Shown here piece by piece: positions 57,067 through 64,000 of a DNA stretch of 64,000 bases. Every line of letters starts with the position of its first letter. Position 1 is the first letter of the stretch. The position numbers and the translations under genes are program-made. Source of the DNA: Massalongia carnosa. Taxonomy: Eukaryota. Under the pieces are notes generated by a model. That model was not told where the DNA came from. It worked only from the letters and a program-made list of their open reading frames with translations, and did no database searches. The stretch covers positions 1,488,001 to 1,552,000 of the forward strand of contig OZ287082.1 in the NCBI GenBank assembly GCA_965645245.1, given 5' to 3'.

Positions 57067-60000
57067 TAGCCCATGCCAAGCATTGACTTAAAGGCCTCAA
57101 AGGGTTTAGCGGCCAGTGGCTTTGTAAGCCCATCTGCCACCATCTCTGTGGTAGGGATAAACTTGATGCTTACCCTTCCCAATTCAACCACCTCCCTGAT
57201 CCAATGCCATTTTATTTCGATGTGCTTGGTTCGACGGTGGAATTTGGGGTTTTCAGCCAATGCAATTGACCCTTGATTGTCCCCTCGAAGTAGGACAGGG
57301 GTGTCCTTCTTCCGAATATCCTAACTCGGCCAGAAATCGCGCGCACCAAATGGCCTCTTTAGCTTCTTCCGTCAAGGCCATATATTCGGCCTCGCAGGTA
57401 GATAGGGCGACGGTAGGTTGTAGCTTGGAACAGTGGGAGATTGGGGCACCTGCTAACAAAAACGTATAGGCCCCGGTCGATTTTCTCCCATCTTTCGTTC
57501 CAGCATAATCGGAGTCCGAGTATCCCACAATGTCATCCTCGGTGTCTTTTCTAAACACGAGGCCTGTATTTAGGGTACTGGATATATAGCGCATAATGTG
57601 CTGAAGATATTTGCAGTGTAATGGGTCTGGGTTCGAACAATATCGACTCAGTACTCCCACTGCATAAGCGATGTCGGGGCATATATGCATGGCTGGCCAC
57701 ATCAGCGAGCCCACCACCGACTGTTACTAGGTAATTGTTTCCTTGTCGGCCTGGTTATCCGACGGCATGAGTGTGTTTCCGGCACCGGGGTCCATGGGGG
57801 TGGAAATGGGAAATGGGCCTGCAGTCGACCATATTAAATCGCTGCAGCACCTTCTTCAGGTAGGTTGTTTGTCGAAGAGTTATAACCGATTGTTCGATGT
57901 TGACATCGACTTCGATTCCCAGATAATGGGAGACTTCTCCCAAGTCCGTCATGCGGAAACGGGACTTCAATTCGTGTTGCAATTGCTGCAATTTTGAAGT
58001 ATCTTTTCCGAAGATGAGAAGGTCGTCAACGTAAATCGCTATAAAGATATCGTCCGATACAAAAACTCCATGATCCGAATATGTTCGTTTAAACCCCATC
58101 TTTTCCAGAAAATCCTGCAGGGTCTGGTACTAGTTACCATACACGAGGGGATTGTTTTAGGCCATATAGGGCCTTTCGTAGTAAGCAGACCTTGTTCTCC
58201 CCTTTTTCGAACAAGGTGGGTTGTATGACATATATGGCTTCATCTAGGAAGCCATACAGGAAAGCAGTCACCACTTCCATTTGATGAATGGACAGTCCCT
58301 TCTTTACACTGATTCCCATCAATGCCTTATAAGAGACTGGCTTTACCACTGTGGCAAAGGTGTCGAGGTAGTCCAGGCCTTCCTTTTGTTTATAGCCATG
58401 AACTACCCATCTCGCTTTGTACTTCAGTACTTTCCCATCTCTGTCTTTCTTTATTTTGAACACCTAGCGACCGGTGATCACCTTTCGATCAGTCGGTGCC
58501 CTTTCTAGTGTCCAAGTTTCATTCTCCACTAGCGATTGATACTCGGTCTCCATGGCCTTTCTCCATTGATCCCAGTGGGGTGAGGACATAGCCTCTTTCA
58601 GTGTCAAAGGATCATCGAGGCCCTCATTGTCCTCGCCTCCTGCCAGGGTTGCTAGCACCCGCATCATGTGCTCATGGGATTTCGGGACCTGGTTTGAACT
58701 GAATACGGTGTTGATGCTGGGACGAATGTTCTCCAGTGCTCTTTGACTGGGGACCCTTATTCGTCCAAATCTTCGAGGTTCGATGGGCTGGCGAGGAATG
58801 TCCTCCACTTCATCGGAGTCACTCTCCCCCCCATTCTCCTTTTCTCGGCCTCCCCCCGAAGCATTTACTCCCATTGGATGTAGCACTATCCGTGGTGCTG
58901 GTGGGGCCGTTTCATTTTGAACTTCCGAACTTCTCGATATTTCAGAGCTCGGAGTTTTCGGAGACAACGAAGATGGCGGATTATGACTTTTTTTTTCATC
59001 AACAAAATCATCTGGGTCATCAAACAAAGCATCATCGTCTCCCTCCCATGGAATGTCGGCTAGGTCCCAGGCCTTTTTGTCCTTGGAATCATATATATTG
59101 TCTTCGTCGACGGTGATATCGCGACAAACATGGACTTTTCCAGTGAGAGGATCGTAAATTCGATACTGATTGTTTCCTTCATACCCAACAAATATCCCCT
59201 GCCAGGACCTATCGTCGAGCTTCTTGCGCTTCTCTTTTGGGATATGTACCCACGTCCTAGCCCCGACCGTTCTCATGTGGCCGAGGAAGGGTTTCGCATT
59301 ATTCATGCGTTCATATGGAGTGACCTCGTCAACCCCGGGACTTCTATTCTTGATGTGCCCGGCCGTCTTCAGGACCTCCCCCCAAAGGGACTTTGGGAGC
59401 TTTTTAGCCTTCATCATGGACCGAGTGGGGACCATGAGGGTATAATTTTGCGTTTCGGCCTTCCCATTCTGTTCTGGCACATTTGGTGCCCGGGCCTCCC
59501 ACTGGATGCCTTCACTCTTTAGGAATTCCTGGAAGTCACCACTGGTGTACTCCCCTCCTCCATCAGCTCGGAGTCTCTTTATTTTCTTTCCCGATTGATT
59601 TTCTATCCATGTCTTGAACTGCTTAAAACATTCGAAGGTTTGACCCTTTGTTTTCAGCAGGTAGATCCACACTACCCCGGAGAAGTCGTCTTTGATCGTA
59701 GCATAAAAACGTTCACCGAACCTTGTCAGTGGAAATGGTCCCCCTAAGTCGCTATGCACTATTCCGAGAAATTCTGTTGCTCGGGTTCGTGGAGTGCGAT
59801 TTATTTTCCGCTGTTGTCTTCCCATCAAGCATGAGCCGCATACTTCTTCTGGTATGGGTCCTTCGATGGTGACTCCATTGGCTAAATGATTTAATTTTAG
59901 GAGGTTTGGGTAGCTGAGATGGCCGAGTCGTTCGTGCCATGTTTGGATAGGGGCCTTTGTACCGTTTGTAGTGGTGAGGGCCTGTGCTTCGGTAGGGCTA

Positions 60001-61347
60001 ATAGTGGTTGTCTGCAAAACATACTGATAATTTTTTTTTTTTTGGCCAGTCCAACCACCTTTCCTTTATGCACCAGTTGAGCGGGCTTGTCATCCGCCAT
60101 CAGGTACGTTGATATGCCCTTTTTGCCGAGTTGTATTGTGCTGATGAGGTTGAATTTTAGGTCGGGGGCGAAAAGGACGTTGGTCAAAATGAGGTCCGTT
60201 ACACCTCCATTTCCATTGTCCAGTGATACGAGTAGAGCCTTTCCCCTCTGTCGATAACACCTCTCCGGAACCTGTTTGTAAACAGCTATTTTCGCTCCGA
60301 AAGGTCCCTTCTTCAAAGAGATGTTTATTGCATATAATGTGCGCGGTGGCAGATCAATAGATCGTGGGCATTCTTGGGGCCTCGGTACAGATTTGCCATA
60401 CAAATAAGCGGTGTTTCGTGGGTTCTTTTCCCGGAACATTCCCTTATTCTACAAACTATTTGGGGTTTTGAGGTTTCATTACCTTCTTTGCTTTCACAAA
60501 CGCGTTCCAGATGGCCAATCTTACTACACTTCCTACATGTAGCGTTGCTATGCCTACATTTTCCGGAGTGATTATAACCACAGCATTTGCATTTTTTCTT
60601 ACCCTCTTCGGTGGGGTTCTTCTTCCCCTTTGCCTTCAGCATGTTAGCTACGGTGACAGGGTCCTGGCGCATACGAGCCTCCTCGTCCTCCTGGTTTTTT
60701 AGTAAGTCATCCAACGCCGGGAATTTGTCCTCCCGCCGAGATATTTCGTTCAGGATGGTCAGGTAGGTGTTGAATGAACTGCCGAGTCCATTGAGGAGTT
60801 TGAGCACTACAATGTGCTCAACGGTCAGGGCCATGTCGGTGATTTCGGCCTTGATGTCCCTGACTAGGCTACCATACTCCTCGATGGTCTTGCATTTTTC
60901 ATAATTTATCTCCTCCAGCCGGTTGAATGTGCTCCATTTCGCACTCCAATTTCTGAGGGTGTATCGGGTTTTCAGGTGTTCCCAAAGGTCCTTCGGGTCC
61001 CAGATGCCCCCACTGGCTAGGTCTCTCATCGACAAGAATTCCTGTTGCACGTCATCTGTGCACATCTTGCCTATTTTACCAACTACTCTCCTTTGTTTCT
61101 CCGAGAACTCTAGGCGTTCAAGGTCCCGTTTGTCCCGCTTTTCTAGCTGTTCCTCTGTTTCCTCCGGGGGTGTCTCATCAGCTTTTTGAGGTGGAGGGGG
61201 AATTTCTCGAGGCATTTTCCGAGCACCAGTCACGTAGTTCCAAAGTTCCGCCTCCTGCAGGGCGAAGGCCATGTCTCTGGACCATTTCTTATAGTTTCCA
61301 CTCCCCATTAGCTTTGGGAATGTGTATAGACTCTCCCCTTTGGCCAT
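57066..61347 (-). pseudogene. Copia-3 gag-pol with several frameshifts and stops
   Basis: gag 60325-61347 (CRKCSKIGHLERVC), integrase 58464-60017, RT (YVDDLL) and RNase H (YSDSDYAG, TKHIEI). Confidence 0.93.
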
Positions 61348-61966
61348 CGTGCTTAGGAGTAGGGGTTACTGAGCGGGGAAAAAAGAGGGTCCCTTTGGTT
61401 ACTTGGATTTTGAAGTGGGATATGAAAAGGAATATATATATAATATAGAATGAGGTAGGTGGAAGAGGTGGAGGTGAGTTTGTTTGAAAATCAATGTAGG
61501 GGCTTATTCAAATGTAGTAGAAGTGAGCCGGGCTCATAACCTATGAAATCTAAATTCACTTTGTAGGTATAGTAGCATGATTGTCATTGAAGGTTATTAT
61601 CTATGTGGGCTATTTGTCTGCTTTATATAGTAGTCACAAAACAGTCACATCTAGGAGCCTAAACGGTAGGACCTTGTCCCCCTGACGGTCAGACCTTGTT
61701 CCCCTGACGGTCAGACCTTGTCCTCTGACGGTCAGACCTTGTCTCCTATCTCTGCTTGTTTAGGCACTTTGCAAGGCACCTCCCGAGGCTCATGATAGAT
61801 GCCCATGATGATGGTGACCTCATCATCTAATATCCAACAGTAATTATATGATGTTCTGACGACACGATGGAGCCCGCGAATTACTCGTCGGCTAGTGGCT
61901 CGCTTAATCCTCTCCTTCAAGAAGCATTCGTTTCTAGTCGGAGAAAGCAAACTTCGTAGGCTCGCA

Positions 61967-62556
61967 ACGTTAAACCACCACCACATCACTAAAGTACCAC
62001 CGCATCATTTAAATTACTATTACATTTACTATCACATTAATATTCATTATCATGTCGTTAAAATTACTATTGCCGCTTTAATAAAGAGCTGAAACCTAGT
62101 AATATCCTAATTGTTCTTGTACATCAATGTCAGACTCGTTGCCTCCATCAGTATCGTCTTCATCAAACGGCAGAAATTCTCTTTGCAAAGAAGAATCACC
62201 TGTAACATCTGTGATAAATGTTGTCTCCGCCTCATCTTCATCTTCATCTTTATTATATACATGAGATTTAGTCTTTTTCGCTTTCTTTCTCTCTACTTCT
62301 TGCCAAGTAACATCTGTTGCCTTCCAAATTGATTCGGGATCGGGAATAGGAATAAGATGCTTGGAGGAAATAGCAGGATCTTGTTTTGAAAGCTCCTTTA
62401 TTTGTAGTAAACGATTTCTTTCTTGCTTTCGAGCAATCACTCCTTCGGCATATTTGGCGTCTCTTTCCATACGCCAAATCTTAATCCATGTCTGATACTG
62501 CTTCTTTGCTTCTGTTTCTTTAGCTTGTTTTTCCTTTGCTGCAATCATCTTCTCAG
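61967..62556 (-). mobile_element. Probable 3' fragment of another pogo-like transposon
   Basis: ACGT-starting TIR-like end and a K/E/R-rich C-terminal ORF (62096-62548, IPIPDPE) cut by an LTR; the family assignment is an inference. Confidence 0.45.
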
Positions 62557-63322
62557 TGTAACGGTCCGACCAAGCGTGGTGCGGACGGCAGGACCTACAG
62601 CGAACATAGCAGGAGTCCCAGTTATAGTAGAATAGAGCTTGGTCTGCGGACTAAGTATCGTGCCTTTTGGTCGGAAAGGACAGGTGGCGCAATAGTAGAA
62701 ATCTATTCACGATCTCGCTTCGTCACAGATTACTTAGTCATCAATCGGTGTACTAGACGTGAGTTCGATTCCTGTCAAATTATATGATAACTAATCCTAA
62801 ACATCAGTGGTAACTCAGGTTGATATATCCGAAGGGTTATTCCGGCCCGACTAGACACGTGGCCTCCCCTTAGATAGATTCCCACTTTTCCACATCCTCC
62901 ACAACACAATCAACATCTACCCAATTCCCTGATTATGCCTTTTGACCCTTATATATTTGACAATTCCTGACCCGATTTCCTCGCTTTTTCGCCTTGCTTC
63001 GACGGACTAAAGCTAGGACGAAACGGGAAAGCGTTGGATGAAAAACTCTCTAAGTCGGATCGGCGAGGGCCGTACGCTAAGAAGAGCCCATTCTTTGGGG
63101 CTAACTATAACTGGAAGCGACTAGGGGCTAGCCGCAGCTAGACGGGCGGTAGTGTAACGGTTCAACCACGCGTGGTACGGACTGCAGGGCCTACAGCGAA
63201 CGTAGCAGGAGTCCCAGTTATAGTAGAATAGAGCTTGGTTAGCGGACTAAGTATTGTGCCTTTTGGTCGGGAGGAGATGTGGCGCAATGGTAGAAATCTA
63301 TTCACTATCTCGCTTCGTCACA
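62557..63322 (+). mobile_element. TRIM-like miniature LTR element (two LTRs of about 170 bp around 425 bp of non-coding DNA)
   Basis: Direct LTRs 62557-62727 and 63153-63322, a candidate self-priming site after LTR1, and GGGCGGTAG before LTR2. No TSD. Confidence 0.65.
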
Positions 63323-64000
63323 ACGCTCGATTCGGTTAAATGATATCAACGAAGAACTATTACAATTAATGATAATTCAAAAGTATTTCAGTGCTTTAAA
63401 CGAATTTATAATCTTTTTGCCGAAATTCGATATTCGACAACGCAACGTCAATACTTCGCTCGTAAGTTCTCTTCGTCTTGTTTTTCAATGTCTGTCATTG
63501 CTAAAGTCTAGTCTCGTAATCCGCAGTTCGATAAAATAACTCTGTCTCTCGTCACGTTCTTCGTCTTTTAATTATTATTCTCCGTATTCAATCTCAGGAA
63601 TCTCTCAATTATCAGTCGTGATAATTTGCTTTCAGCGAAAATCACATCGGGAAATCGGTAGATGACTAATAGATCTTGATGATTAAATATTCGACTTTTT
63701 GGTTTCTTTAGTATTTATTCATTAACCTTTGGTCAGTTGCCTTTATCTATTGTACGTCTTGTCGTCATATTAGTCAGTGCAAACCTGCATTTCAACAAAT
63801 AATCGTCGCTCTGTCTTTACTTCTCGTCTCGATAAGCTTTATTATTCTCTGTACCTTGACCTTTTAACAATTCAGTCGTATATTATCCACTCTATTCTAT
63901 CTCTACGGCCTCTTTATCCGTCGCAGAGTTATTTTGGTTGTTCAGCTGCTCTCTTTACATGTCACATCGTCATACATTGACTTCGTTGCAGCTTTTGTAT

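Larger units (their letters stand above)
51637..61839 (-). mobile_element. Ty1/copia LTR retrotransposon (Copia-3) carrying nested DNA transposons
   Basis: LTRs 51637-51996 and 61542-61839, TSD GTAAT, PBS 61530-61541, purine tract next to the 3' LTR. Confidence 0.95.
43427..61884 (+). mobile_element. Tyrosine-recombinase retrotransposon (DIRS/Ngaro-like), internally deleted; own sequence at 43427-43709, 49997-51636 and 61845-61884
   Basis: RT/RNase H remnant and YR gene; both termini match the short derivative at 31285-33465. Confidence 0.82.

Noticed and set aside
63330..64000. Coding feature at the window end
   Set aside because: AT-rich and degenerate with no interpretable motif.

Overview
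Transposon-dense region of a eukaryotic genome, almost certainly a filamentous ascomycete (spliceosomal introns, fungal TE families). Most of the window is nested mobile DNA. It holds three Ty1/copia elements with half-tRNA-iMet-type primer sites and one very young, intact Ty3/gypsy chromovirus with identical 173-bp LTRs and a Tf1-type self-priming site. There are also four Tad1-like LINE copies or fragments, a piggyBac, several pogo/Fot1 elements, a Tc1, two MITEs, several solo LTRs and a TRIM-like mini-element. A tyrosine-recombinase (DIRS/Ngaro-type) retroelement has termini that enclose an 18-kb nest, and two short non-coding derivatives of it lie elsewhere. Host genes are limited to an island at about 26-36.5 kb: an MFS transporter pseudogene, a cytochrome P450 pseudogene and an apparently intact 5-exon PTH11/SAT4-like membrane protein gene. 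The most unusual signals are the YR-element termini with compensatory inverted arms and conserved internal motifs, the CpC-biased RIP-like mutation pattern, the self-priming mini-LTR element, and copia LTRs ending TG...TA. No CRISPR array, rRNA or tRNA gene was recognised. All coordinates were read by eye and may be off by a few bases; no database search was run.
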